The notes beneath the pieces were generated by a model, which had not been told where the DNA came from, searched no databases, and saw only the letters and a list, made by a program, of their open reading frames with translations. The translations under genes and the position numbers were made by a program. A DNA stretch of 64,000 nucleotides from an uncultured Gammaproteobacteria bacterium (GTDB lineage Bacteria; Pseudomonadota; Gammaproteobacteria; JBBQDK01): positions 192,813-256,812 of the forward strand of contig CAVZVG010000003.1 in the NCBI GenBank assembly GCA_963778665.1, given 5' to 3'. Shown here piece after piece: positions 24,479 to 35,813 of the stretch. Numbering within the stretch: position 1 is the first letter of the stretch; every line of letters starts with the position of its first letter.

Positions 24479-25189
24479 TCAGCCCGGTCGGCGCAACAGA
24501 TCGACGCGCATCGGCATTCTGAAGTCCACGCCTTGCGGCGTCATGTGGGTAAGAAACCTTTCCCGCACCTCCTGATGCAGCTCGGGCGACAGCGCGTGCT
24601 GCGTATGCGTCACTTTCAGAATGCGTTGTTCGAAATGCGCAAAGTCGTCGAAATGGTTGGTCACGTCGAAGAAGCGTTCTTCGGCCAGTTCAAGCAGGCC
24701 ATTGGCGACGGCGCGTTGCAGCGCGGCGAAGGCCGCCTCACGCACCGCCTTTTCGTCATGGAACAGGCGCAGAATGGCGTTGAAGTCACCGTCGTACACC
24801 GGCTCGGAGAAGTAGGCGAGGCCGCCCGGTTTGAGAACACGGTGGATTTCGCCCAGTGCCTGGTCCATCAGGGCAACGGGAACATGATGCAGGGACTTGA
24901 ACATCATCACGATATCGAAGCTGCTGTCCGGGGCCGGTATCGCTTCCGCGCCGCCGGCGTCGAATGTCACATTTGGCGGTGCCGGCTGACGCAGATTCTC
25001 GGCATGCTGCACGGCATCCACTTCCAGTGCCAGTATGGATTCCACCTGGCCGGATTCGGCGATGCTGCGGGTATGTTCCGCCTTGCCGCAGCCAAGCTCC
25101 AGGACGCGGGCGCCCGGCAGGGGGAGCAGTTCGGTGTAGATGTCGCGCTCCACGCACAGTGCCTTGACTGTAGGATCGGCGATCTTCAT
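24479..25189 (-). CDS. class I SAM-dependent methyltransferase
   Basis: Motif I VLELGCGKAEH plus Methyltransf_11-like downstream motifs. Confidence 0.7.
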   Translation of the reverse strand: MKIADPTVKALCVERDIYTELLPLPGARVLELGCGKAEHTRSIAESGQVESILALEVDAVQHAENLRQPAPPNVTFDAGGAEAIPAPDSSFDIVMMFKSLHHVPVALMDQALGEIHRVLKPGGLAYFSEPVYDGDFNAILRLFHDEKAVREAAFAALQRAVANGLLELAEERFFDVTNHFDDFAHFEQRILKVTHTQHALSPELHQEVRERFLTHMTPQGVDFRMPMRVDLLRRPG

Positions 25190-25424
25190 CTGTATGTGTT
25201 CCGGTTGTCATGCTGAGACATTCATAGGTCGTTGCCTTCTACACGGGGTCGAGTTGTGGTGACACGTTCGGGATGGGAGCAGGGAGAATGGGGACCGATT
25301 GCATACCGCTACGCAGCTGATAGCTATTATGGCGCGTTTTTCATTTCATGGACAGTACGCAGGATCTGTTGCAGAATGCCGTTATTGTTTGGCATCAGGT
25401 ACAGCGAAATAATCAAAGCTTCCA

Positions 25425-26402
25425 TTATTTGATCCGGCGCACGTAGATCAGCGCGACGAGCAGCGCCAGCGAGATCACCCAGATCAAAATGTAGATGGTC
25501 ATGGCGCGCTTTGCTTTTTTCTTCTCCCACCAGGTGCGGGGATGAATGCCTTTGGCAAGAAACACCAACTTGGCGGAAAGATTGACACATACGATATTCA
25601 CCGCCAGCAGGAGTGCGGCTCCGGTGGCATGGTGGTATTGGCCGGCACCGAGCATCAGGCCCAGCGTGGCCGTGGGCGGCAGCAGCGCGACCGCCACCAT
25701 GACGCCGACCAGGATGCTGGACAGCCCGGTGGTGATCGACAGCACCGCCGCGGCGCCGGAGGCGAGGGCGAGGGCCACCGAATCCAGGCCGACATCCGTG
25801 CGTGCCATCAGTTCGTGGCTCTTGAGATCCACCGGCCAGATCAGCCCGATCGCCAGCGCGACCAGAAACGCCAGGCCGATGCCGGTACCGTTGGCGCGCA
25901 GCGCCTTCCACATCAGGCCGGTATCGCCGAGCGCGGTGCCCAGGCCCAGCGCCAGATTGGGGCCGAGCAGCGGCGCGATCACCATGCCGCCGATCACGAC
26001 CGCGACATTGTTCTCGATCAGACCGATGGCGGCCACAATGGTGGAGAGAATGACGAGGATGATGTAGTTGACGTCCATCCGTGCGATTTTTTCGATATCT
26101 TCATAGAGAGCCTCGCGCGTGGCGGTCGCGGTCTCTTCCTTGGTGCGTTCCGCCTCGGGCGGTCGTGGCAGGGTCGTTTCCACATCGAGCACAACGATGC
26201 GCGACTGGGGGTCATTGCCCAGCGTTTTCTGCAGTGAATCCAGCACCGCCTGCGCGTGATCGTCGGCGATCAGGATACGCATGATCTGACGCTCATCCTC
26301 GCCTTTGTAACCCAGGCGGAAATCGGCGGCTTCGTTGTGCTCTGCAATACCGGCGACGGTGTCGATATGGCCAGCGTCGGCATTCACTTCTACGAGTTTC
26401 AT
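25425..26402 (-). CDS. TIGR00341/DUF389 family membrane protein (likely start MKLVEVN..)
   Basis: Soluble N-terminal domain followed by a multi-TM Gly/Ala-rich C-terminus typical of DUF389. Confidence 0.5.
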   Translation of the reverse strand: MKLVEVNADAGHIDTVAGIAEHNEAADFRLGYKGEDERQIMRILIADDHAQAVLDSLQKTLGNDPQSRIVVLDVETTLPRPPEAERTKEETATATREALYEDIEKIARMDVNYIILVILSTIVAAIGLIENNVAVVIGGMVIAPLLGPNLALGLGTALGDTGLMWKALRANGTGIGLAFLVALAIGLIWPVDLKSHELMARTDVGLDSVALALASGAAAVLSITTGLSSILVGVMVAVALLPPTATLGLMLGAGQYHHATGAALLLAVNIVCVNLSAKLVFLAKGIHPRTWWEKKKAKRAMTIYILIWVISLALLVALIYVRRIK

Positions 26403-26550
26403 GATTCCACTATTAGAACAACGGTATTCCACAGTAGCAAGTAAATTTGGCTACATGCATCCGAATGCAACTTACATAAGTGAGATGTAACGTAGGGGCG
26501 GGTCGCGGACCCGCCCTGGTTGGCACACCCTCAAGCTCATGCAGGGCGGG

Positions 26551-26745
26551 CCTGAAAAATGATTTCTGAAAAGCATTCACCACAGAGGACACGGAGAGGT
26601 CTTTTTGAAAAGCATTGACCACGGGGAACACGGGGGACACGGGGATTACTGCTGAAAACCCCGTGCCCCCCGTGTTCCCCGTGGTAGTCGCTGTTCAATC
26701 TGGAAACAAATATTTCTCCGTGTCCTCCGTGGTGAATGCTTTTTG
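26551..26745. repeat. nested-hairpin repeat, family A (copy A1)
   Basis: Outer inverted repeat AAAAGCATTCACCACAGAGGACACGGAGAG / TTCTCCGTGTCCTCCGTGGTGAATGCTTTT. Inner inverted repeat ACCACGGGGAACACGGGGGACACGGGG / CCCCGTGCCCCCCGTGTTCCCCGTGGT. Confidence 0.8.
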
Positions 26746-26842
26746 TTAGGCACACGTAGAGTGCTTGTAGCCTAATCAACTGACTTCTGAGTGATTGCTG
26801 AATATTGTGTAATCAAGGACACGCCGATCTGCGAGGGTCCGA

Positions 26843-27874
26843 TCAGGGCGCCGGATTCGGGTAGCGGGCGTGCACGGCATCGATTTCCTTGAGCGTGTCC
26901 GCGCTCAACACGATTTTCGCACTGTCTAGATTTTCCTTGAGTTGATCCATCGTGGTTGCACCGACGATCGTGCTGGCCACGAACCAGCGACTGCGCACGA
27001 AGGCGAGTGCCAATGTGGCGGGTGTCACGCCGGCCTGGCGCGCGATCTCGGTATAGGCGCGGGTCGCCTCTTCGACGTTGGTTTTGTTATAGCGCTGGCC
27101 GAAACCCGGAAACAGCGTCAGTCGTCCCGTCGTGCCGGGTATCTGATACTTCCCCGTCAACATGCCGAAGGCCAGCGGACTGTAGGCCAGCAGGCCGATG
27201 TGCTCGCGCGCGCAGGTTTCGGCGAGTCCGTATTCGAATATCCGATTGATGAGGTTGTAGGCGTTCTGGATGCTGACCACGCGCTGCAGGCCGGTGTGCT
27301 CCGCTACTTTGATGAATTCACTGACGCCCCACGGGGTTTCGTTGCTGAGACCGATATGGCGGATCTTGCCGGCCTGGACGAGCCCGCCCAGTGCGGCAAG
27401 CTGCTCGCCGATCGGTGCGGCATCGCGTTCGGCTTCCGGATCGTAGGCGCTCTGGCCGAACATCGGCACGTTGCGGTCCGGCCAATGGATCTGGTAGAGA
27501 TCGATATAGTCGGTCTGCAGACGCTGCAGGCTGGTTTCGACGGCCTGTGCGATCTGTGTCGCCGTGACGCGTGGTCCGCCGCGCACCCATTCGAAACCGC
27601 GCGCCGGGCCGGTGATCTTGGTGGCGATGATCAGCCGGTCGCGTGCCTGGCGTTTCAGCCAATGGCCCAGATACTCTTCCGTGCGCCCTTGCGTCGTTGC
27701 GCGTGCCGGCACCGGGTACATTTCCGCGGCGTCGATGAAATTGATACCGTGCGCGACGGCGTAATCGAGTTGGCTGTGGGCGTCCTCTATCGTGTTCTGC
27801 TCGCCCCAGGTCATGGTGCCGAGGCAGAGTTCGGAGACGCGCAGGTTGCTGGTGCCGAGTTGACGAGTGTTCAT
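26843..27874 (-). CDS. tas: NADP(H)-dependent aldo-keto reductase Tas
   Basis: MNTRQLGTSNLRVSELCLGTMTWGEQNT..DAAEMYPVP..YLDLYQIHWP.. matches E. coli Tas along its full length. Confidence 0.85.
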   Translation of the reverse strand: MNTRQLGTSNLRVSELCLGTMTWGEQNTIEDAHSQLDYAVAHGINFIDAAEMYPVPARATTQGRTEEYLGHWLKRQARDRLIIATKITGPARGFEWVRGGPRVTATQIAQAVETSLQRLQTDYIDLYQIHWPDRNVPMFGQSAYDPEAERDAAPIGEQLAALGGLVQAGKIRHIGLSNETPWGVSEFIKVAEHTGLQRVVSIQNAYNLINRIFEYGLAETCAREHIGLLAYSPLAFGMLTGKYQIPGTTGRLTLFPGFGQRYNKTNVEEATRAYTEIARQAGVTPATLALAFVRSRWFVASTIVGATTMDQLKENLDSAKIVLSADTLKEIDAVHARYPNPAP

Positions 27875-28050
27875 GGTGCAGGCCTTATGAATAGCTGGAT
27901 GATCCACCCGCCGCCCATGGCGGTTATTGGCGGCGGATTGCCAGTCGAGCGGCTAAGTGTGATGCATCCGGCAAGGCGTGCGCAAGCGCGTCGCCCCGCA
28001 TGCACTATCGGGCGTCATTGTCGACAGCGCATAATCCGCGCCGAGCAGGT

Positions 28051-29955
28051 ACAATGACGCCGATGAATATCGCCACGGAAAATGTCATGGACGACATCCA
28101 CACCACACTGCGCCGCGTGTTCGGCTTTCCCGCCTTCCGTCCTCACCAGCAGGAGATTATCGAGGGTCTGCTGGAAGGGAAGGATGCCTTTGTGCTGATG
28201 CCGACGGGCGGCGGCAAATCGCTGTGTTACCAGATCCCGGCCCTGCACCGGCGCGGTGTCGGCATCGTGGTCTCGCCGCTGATTTCGCTGATGAAGGATC
28301 AGGTCGATGCGCTGCGTGCCAACGGTGTCGCCGCGGCCTTCTACAACTCGGCGCTGGAATCGCAGGAGGCCCGTCAGGTGCTGGCGCGGCTGCATGCCGA
28401 TGAGCTCGATCTGCTCTATGTCAGTCCCGAGCGACTGCTGACGCCGGCCTTCCTGGACCGCATCAGCGATATCGACATCGCCCTGTTCGCCATCGACGAG
28501 GCGCATTGCGTCTCGCAATGGGGACATGATTTCCGTCGCGAATATGCCCAGCTCGGCATGCTGCGCGAACACTTCCCCGCCGTGCCGCTGGTGGCGCTCA
28601 CGGCCACCGCCGATGCGCAGACCCGCGAGGATATCGTGCGCGTGCTCGGCCTGAGTGCGGCGACCCGTTATGTCACCGGCTTCGACCGGCCCAATATCCG
28701 TTATACCGTGCTGGAGAAGCACAAACCCTTCGATCAGTTGACGCGCTTTCTGCTGAATCGCCGCAGCCAGGCGGGCATCGTCTATGCCTTGAGCCGCAAA
28801 CGCGTCGACGAGATCGCGCAGAAGCTGCAGGACGAGGGCCTGCGCGCCGCGGCCTATCATGCCGGCCTGCCTGCGTCTCAGCGGCAGGATGTGCAGGAGC
28901 GCTTTCTGCGCGACGATGTGCTGATCGTCGTCGCGACGGTGGCCTTCGGCATGGGTATCGACAAACCCAACGTGCGCTTCGTCGTGCACTACGACATACC
29001 CAAGAACATCGAAGGCTATTACCAGGAAACCGGCCGCGCCGGCCGCGACGGTCTGCCCGCCGAGGCGCTGCTGCTGTACGGCGCGCAGGATATCATCACC
29101 GTGCGGCGCCTGATCGAGAACAGTGAAAGTCAGGAGCAGCAGCGCATCGAACTGCACAAGCTCAATGCCATGGCGGCGCTCGCCGAGAGCGTCAGCTGCC
29201 GACGCCGCGTGCTGCTGAATTATTTCGGCGAGCGCCTGGAACAGGATTGCGGCAACTGCGATATCTGCCTGGACCCGCCGGAACGCTTCGATGCCAGCGT
29301 CGATGCGCAGAAGGCCTTGTCCTGCGTCTATCGCGTCGGCCAGCGTTTCGGGGTCAAGCATGTGGTCGATGTGTTGCGCGGCGCGGACAACGAGCGCATC
29401 CGCTCTTTGGGTCATCACACGCTGTCGACCTACGGCGTGGGCAGCGACAGGAGCGAACCGGAATGGACGTCCATCCTGCGCCAGCTCATTCATCACGGTT
29501 ATCTGATCCAGGACATCGCCAACTACTCGGTGCTGAATCTGACCGAGGCGGCGCGGCCGCTGCTGCGCGGCGAGCAGCAGATCCAGCTCGCCAAGCCGCG
29601 CATCCGCGAACAGATCAAGAAGAAGGTGACGAAGTCACCGGCCAGTCAGGGGCCATACGACGAGGCGCTGTTCGAGGAGCTGCGCGCATTGCGCAAACGC
29701 CTGGCGGATACGCAAGGCGTGCCGCCCTACATCGTGTTCGGTGATGCCACGCTGATACAGATGGCGCGTGACAAACCGATGAGCGAAGGTGATCTGCTCG
29801 GCGTCATCGGCGTCGGCCAGCACAAGCTGGAGAAATACGGCAAGGATTTTCTGGATGCGATAACAGAGTACAGCCTGCCATCTTCAAACCGTAAGTCCCC
29901 TCTCCCTCCGGGAGAGGGCCAGGGTGAGGGGGGTAATGATCGCGAAGTCCAGTGA
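28051..29955 (+). CDS. recQ: ATP-dependent DNA helicase RecQ (start ambiguous: 28051, 28060 or 28087)
   Basis: FGFPAFRPHQQEIIEGLLEGKDAFVLMPTGGGKSLCYQIPAL.., DEAH, zinc-binding and HRDC regions align with E. coli RecQ. The last ~20 codons run into REP element D1. Confidence 0.9.
   Translation, partial: TMTPMNIATENVMDDIHTTLRRVFGFPAFRPHQQEIIEGLLEGKDAFVLMPTGGGKSLCYQIPALHRRGVGIVVSPLISLMKDQVDALRANGVAAAFYNSALESQEARQVLARLHADELDLLYVSPERLLTPAFLDRISDIDIALFAIDEAHCVSQWGHDFRREYAQLGMLREHFPAVPLVALTATADAQTREDIVRVLGLSAATRYVTGFDRPNIRYTVLEKHKPFDQLTRFLLNRRSQAGIVYALSRKRVDEIAQKLQDEGLRAAAYHAGLPASQRQDVQERFLRDDVLIVVATVAFGMGIDKPNVRFVVHYDIPKNIEGYYQETGRAGRDGLPAEALLLYGAQDIITVRRLIENSESQEQQRIELHKLNAMAALAESVSCRRRVLLNYFGERLEQDCGNCDICLDPPERFDASVDAQKALSCVYRVGQRFGVKHVVDVLRGADNERIRSLGHHTLSTYGVGSDRSEPEWTSILRQLIHHGYLIQDIANYSVLNLTEAARPLLRGEQQIQLAKPRIREQIKKKVTKSPASQGPYDEALFEELRALRKRLADTQGVPPYIVFGDATLIQMARDKPMSEGDLLGVIGVGQHKLEKYGKDFLDAITEYSLPSSNRKSPLPPGEGQGEGGNDREVQ
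29897..29934. repeat. REP-like palindrome, family D (copy D1)
   Basis: CCCCTCTCCCTCC GGGAGAGGGCCAGGGTGAGGGGGG; overlaps the recQ 3' end. Confidence 0.7.
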
Positions 29956-30048
29956 CTCGCGCTGGCGCCAAAAATTGTTGGAGTTCACCGGGTGGGATCC
30001 AATCTTGGCCGTGTTAATCCACCGCAATGCAGGACTGCCTTAATTGAT

Positions 30049-30084
30049 CCCCCTCACCCTGGCCCTCTCCCGAAGGGAGAGGGG
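30049..30084. repeat. REP-like palindrome, family D (copy D2, inverted orientation)
   Basis: CCCCTCACCCTGGCCCTCTCCCGAAGGGAGAGGGG read directly. Confidence 0.7.
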
Positions 30085-30136
30085 ATTATTTCTTTTTACG
30101 GCTGTTCAATTTTTCAGAATTTTGCAGGCGAAGGGC

Positions 30137-30290
30137 GGGCAAACGCGGTTTTATTTGCCCACAGAGATTCGGAGCTGGATTGGAACACGTGGGCAACGAG
30201 TTGCCCACCCTGCTTGGCTCTGGATTATACAAACCCCGGCTCCCCTCTCCCACGCGTGGGAGAGGGGTTGGGGGAGAGGGAAGTTAACCG
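30137..30290. repeat. composite tandem repeat unit 1 (three hairpins: GGGCAAA..TTTGCCC, GTGGGCAA..TTGCCCAC, CCCCTCTCCC..GGGAGAGGGG)
   Basis: ~75% identical to unit 2 (30327-30486), with the same hairpin order. Confidence 0.65.
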
Positions 30291-30326
30291 CTTGTAGCTT
30301 GTTGCAACAGCTACCCGCGTCGGTTG

Positions 30327-30486
30327 GACAAACGGGTTGTATTTGCCCACGCGGATTCAGCACCGGAATGGAGCATGTGGGCAACTTGTGCCCACCCTAC
30401 TTGGCTGTCTGACAGCGGTACCGGGCGTTGTGGCCGCGATTCGCCCTCTCCCCCGGCCCCTCTCCCGCTGGCGGGAGAGGGGAGTT
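30327..30486. repeat. composite tandem repeat unit 2 (ends with REP D4 CCCCTCTCCCGCTGGCGGGAGAGGGG)
   Basis: Homologous to unit 1; abuts the rhlE stop. Confidence 0.65.
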
Positions 30487-30488
30487 CT

Positions 30489-32024
<1,536 letters not shown>

Positions 32025-32220
32025 GCGGGGTGATGCTCCTAGTATGGCCTACCCAGCGTTGTTCACGTGGGCCGGTCTAGGCGGGATTGTTTGAGTGCTT
32101 CGAGGCGAGGCAGAGAGCTTGTCGCTACGGGGTCGGTGCAGACCGGAGTGCGCCGAGTGGCGGCACTATAACAGATAAAGTGGTGCGTGCGTGCGGTTAA
32201 TGCAGAAAAAAGCATTTTGG

Positions 32221-32428
32221 GCCGCCAAGGACGCCAAGAACGCCAAGAACGCCAAGAAATGCAAAAATAGCTGCTCTGACTGATTGTCATTCCCGCATGT
32301 GCGGAATGACAGAGTTCGAATCAATCAATAGTGCGAAAAATGATACGGCCTTGTCTCTGCCGTCCCGATATACGGTGTAGTGGATGCTCGAATCGGATTT
32401 TCTTGGCGCTCTTGGCGTCCTTGGCGGC
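32221..32428. repeat. MITE-like element, family B (copy B1, 208 bp) with 9-bp iteron-like inverted termini and internal palindrome 32285-32311
   Basis: Left end GCCGCCAAGGACGCCAAGAACGCCAAGAACGCCAAGAAA; right end TCTTGGCGCTCTTGGCGTCCTTGGCGGC. The internal sequence TGTCATTCCCGCATGTGCGGAATGACA is a perfect inverted repeat. Confidence 0.7.
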
Positions 32429-32458
32429 TCAAAAGAAATTTCATAGGATAATGCGCCC

Positions 32459-33217
32459 ATGCTCTATCAAGTCTGTCCAAGTTGCGGTTACCGGCGTCAG
32501 GCGCAGGACACGGCACCGGAGAGTGTCTGTCCGCGTTGCGGCTTGGTATTCGAAAAGTGGCTGCACCGGCGGTTGGCGGTAGAGGCGGAGCCGCAGACCG
32601 AGTCCGTGGATGAGCGACTCTCCAATGGCTGGTCCTGGCTGCGCGCCCGCCTGTTCGCGGTTCCCGAGTCGACGGATGCGTTGACATTCTACGGGCGGCT
32701 GCTTGTCTATCTGTTGTTCTTCGTCTGGGGTTGGTACTTCATCTGGCTGGACATGTCGTCCAATGCCATCGGTGCGTCCTTCATGCACAACATCGATCTG
32801 GTCTTTCATGAGGCCGGTCACGTGATCTTCCGGCCGTTCGGCTGGTTCATGACGGTGCTGGGCGGTTCGCTGATGCAGTTGATCGTTCCGGCGGTGGTGA
32901 CCGGCGCGTTCCTGTTTCGCGAAGGCAATGCCTTCGGCGCGTCCATCGGCCTGTGGTGGCTGGCGCAGAGCCTGATGGACCTGGCGCCGTACATCAACGA
33001 CGCACGCGCACAGCAACTGATGCTGCTCGGCGGTGGTACCGGCGCCGACATGCCGGGCATGCACGACTGGAACAATATCCTCGGTTATCTCGACCTGCTG
33101 GCGCAGGATCACCGCATCGCGGTTGTAACCGACGCACTCGGCGAAACGTTGATGCTGGTGGCGTTGCTCTGGGGTGGATGGCTGTTGTTGCTCATGTCCC
33201 GGCGACGGCGCGTGTGA
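32459..33217 (+). CDS. membrane protein with N-terminal zinc ribbon (CPSCG..CPRCG) and intramembrane HEAGH motif (putative metalloprotease)
   Basis: 252-aa ORF; two CxxC pairs, then 4-5 TM helices, one containing LVFHEAGHVIF. Confidence 0.5.
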   Translation: MLYQVCPSCGYRRQAQDTAPESVCPRCGLVFEKWLHRRLAVEAEPQTESVDERLSNGWSWLRARLFAVPESTDALTFYGRLLVYLLFFVWGWYFIWLDMSSNAIGASFMHNIDLVFHEAGHVIFRPFGWFMTVLGGSLMQLIVPAVVTGAFLFREGNAFGASIGLWWLAQSLMDLAPYINDARAQQLMLLGGGTGADMPGMHDWNNILGYLDLLAQDHRIAVVTDALGETLMLVALLWGGWLLLLMSRRRRV

Positions 33218-33493
33218 CTTGCGGCTGCTGCCGGTATTACCGAGGCAGTCGCAGGGTAATACCGAAGCTTGTGTTGTGCCGATGCCATCCCCGAGTGGGC
33301 GGTTTGTCGCGCGGATATAATTCACCACGTACAGTGGATGCGATGACAAGGTGCAGTCACACATTCAATTGAACGATCCATGCATCACAAAGCAACGCCC
33401 GGAGCGTTCGCTGCACCATGGCAATGCGTAACTGTCGTCGGAAGAAATGCGAGAACAGTAATAAGCCACTGTCCGTATTCGCTATTGGATATC

Positions 33494-33508
33494 TGGCACA
33501 AGTGTTGC
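33494..33508 (+). promoter_or_regulatory. sigma-54 (-24/-12) promoter TGGCAC-N5-TTGC upstream of fmdA
   Basis: TGGCACaagtgTTGCC read directly; the -12 element lies 70 bp upstream of the fmdA ATG. Confidence 0.55.
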
Positions 33509-33577
33509 CCTCTCGGAATCAGTATGCGGTGGAATCTTTCCATCTCAGAGTCACCAACACGCCGATGAGGATACGCC

Positions 33578-34806
33578 ATGCCAAAGACACTGATCAAAGT
33601 TGACCTGAACAAAACACCGGAGGAGCAGGGCGATGTTCTGCATAATCGCTGGCATCCCGACATCCCGATGGTGGCCATGGTCAAGCCGGGTGACGAGTTC
33701 CGCGTCGAGTGCATCGACTGGACCGGCGGTCAGATCAATAACGACAACAGTGCCAACGATATTCGCGATGTCGATCTGACCAAGGTGCATTACCTGAGCG
33801 GACCCATCGGCGTGGAAGGCGCCGAGCCGGGCGACCTGCTGGTCGTGGATATTCTCGATATCGGCACCCTGGCCGGATCGGAATGGGGCTTCACCGGACT
33901 TTTCGCCAAGGAAAACGGCGGCGGTTTCCTCACCGAGCACTATCCTGATGCGCGCAAGGCATGCTGGGATTTCCACGGCATATACACCACCTCGCGGCAC
34001 ATACCCGGATGTGGAATTCGCCGGCATCATGCATCCGGGACTGATCGGCTGTCTGCCATCCAAGGAGTTGCTGGATACCTGGAACAAGCGCGAGGCGGAA
34101 CTGATCGCCACCGATCCGGATCGTGTGCCGCCCTTGGCCGCGCCACCCTATGCGGACACCGCGCTGATGGGTCGATTGACCGGCGAGGCGGCGAAGATCG
34201 CGGCGCGGAAGGGGCGCGTACCGTGCCGCCGCGCGAACATGGCGGCAATTGCGACATCAAGAACCTTACCCGCGGTTCGAAGGTTTATTTCCCTGTCTAC
34301 GTGAAGAACGCCGGTCTGTCGATGGGCGATATTCACTTTTCCCAGGGCGATGGCGAGATCAGTTTCTGCGGCGCCATCGAGATGGCCGGATGGATCGATA
34401 TTCATGTCGAGATGATCAAGGGCGGCATGAGCAAGTACGGCGTGGTCAATCCGATCTTCCAGCCCAGTCCCGATGGAGCCGCACTATACCAACCATCTTA
34501 TTTTCGAAGGCATATCGGTCGATGAGGACGGCAAGCAATATTATCTGGATGCGCATGTCGCTTATCGACGCGCCTGCCTCAACGCCATCGAGTATCATGA
34601 AGAAATTCGGCTACAGCGGCGAACAAGCCTACGCGATTCTCGGTACGGCGCCGGTGGAAGGTCACATCAGCGGCATCGTCGACATTCCCAATGCCTGCGC
34701 GACGCTGTGGTTGCCGACCGAAATCTTCGACTTCGATATCAAGCTCAATGCCAATGGTCCGACCAAATACCTGGCCGGCGATGTCGATCTGGCGGTGACC
34801 AAGTGA
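33578..34806 (+). pseudogene. fmdA: formamidase FmdA (acetamidase/formamidase family), reading frame broken by 4 single-base indels
   Basis: MPKTLIKVDLNKTPEEQGDVLHNRWHPDIPMVAMVKPGDEFRVECIDWTGGQI.. matches Methylophilus FmdA throughout. Frame changes occur at ~34005 (+t), ~34200 (-1), ~34472 (+g) and ~34597 (+c). ORF pieces are 33578-34525, 33948-34304, 34473-34829 and 34249-34806. Confidence 0.8.
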
Positions 34807-34919
34807 ACAACGTCGTCAATAAGAGATGATTGCGGGGAGGCGGACCCGGCAGGCCGGTTCGGCCTGCCGGGTCTACGAATCCCCGATACGATGACGGCCG
34901 AAGAACGAGGAGAGGTGTT

Positions 34920-35234
34920 ATGCCTATATATGAATATGCTTGCAACGTGTGCGGTCCGTTCAGTCAGTTGCGCAGGCTCGCGGAATATGAGCAGCCCGCG
35001 CTGTGCCCGCATTGTCAAACGCAGTCGCCGCGGATCATCTCCGCTCCGCGTCTTGCGCTCATGGAAGTGGGGAACCGCACGGCCTGGGAGCGCAATGAAC
35101 GCAGCGCCCATGAACCGCGCCAATCGCAACCGCATCGCCACCATCCGGGTTGCGGCCATGATCACGGGCAGACCAAAAAGCAACCGGTGAAGCGCGAAGT
35201 CGGGCGTGGCAGACCCTGGATGCTGGGCCATTGA
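34920..35234 (+). CDS. fmdB: FmdB family zinc-ribbon regulatory protein
   Basis: MPIYEYACNVCGPFSQLRRL..CPHCQ is the FmdB zinc-ribbon signature. Confidence 0.75.
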   Translation: MPIYEYACNVCGPFSQLRRLAEYEQPALCPHCQTQSPRIISAPRLALMEVGNRTAWERNERSAHEPRQSQPHRHHPGCGHDHGQTKKQPVKREVGRGRPWMLGH

Positions 35235-35813
35235 CCATGTCCTGATCGTTGCGCATGTAACGAGATCTGCGGATGCAGATCGAGACGAAGCGGCCGAAAG
35301 GCCGCTTTTTTATTTTGGTCTTCCGGAAAGCTGTGTGCGTGATGCTGTCTTTGACGGGTCCGGCATGTAACGCTGTCGATATATGCATGCCGCGCTGTGC
35401 GCTGTGCTGTTGTCGGGGCGGTCATGCTGCGTTTTTGTTCGTCTTCGTGCTGGTGATCGTATTGGCGCACCGTAATGGCCGTCATTCTTTTCGGTAGGCA
35501 CCGACATGATGCGCAATCCCCGAAAGAGGCACGCGTTATTTTGTTGCAAGTGCGCGGGTATGAATGACCAAATCAGAGCATGCTGCAAAAAATGCTTTAA
35601 ACACCGTGTCGTGCGTACGTACTTATGTTCTCTATCAGTGCGCGCGACAGGTCCTGAAGATTTTTCTCCCTAAACCGAATGCGGGCACACTCTTTGCAAA
35701 ATTGCTCGGTAGCGCGAGCAATTGTGCTCGCGCAGGCTGGCATCAGATGTTGTGTCGCGAACAGTAGCAATGAGTTGACTGCCGCGACAGTGACGCTGAT
35801 ATCGTAACGGGGG

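Noticed and set aside
25542-26237. ORFs of 231, 173 and 65 aa overlapping the DUF389 gene
   Set aside because: Shadow frames within and antisense to a well-supported membrane-protein gene.
32063-32290. ORF encoding ..WRSWRSWRPWRP..
   Set aside because: Artefactual translation of the 9-bp CCAAGGACG/CCAAGAACG iterons of MITE B1.
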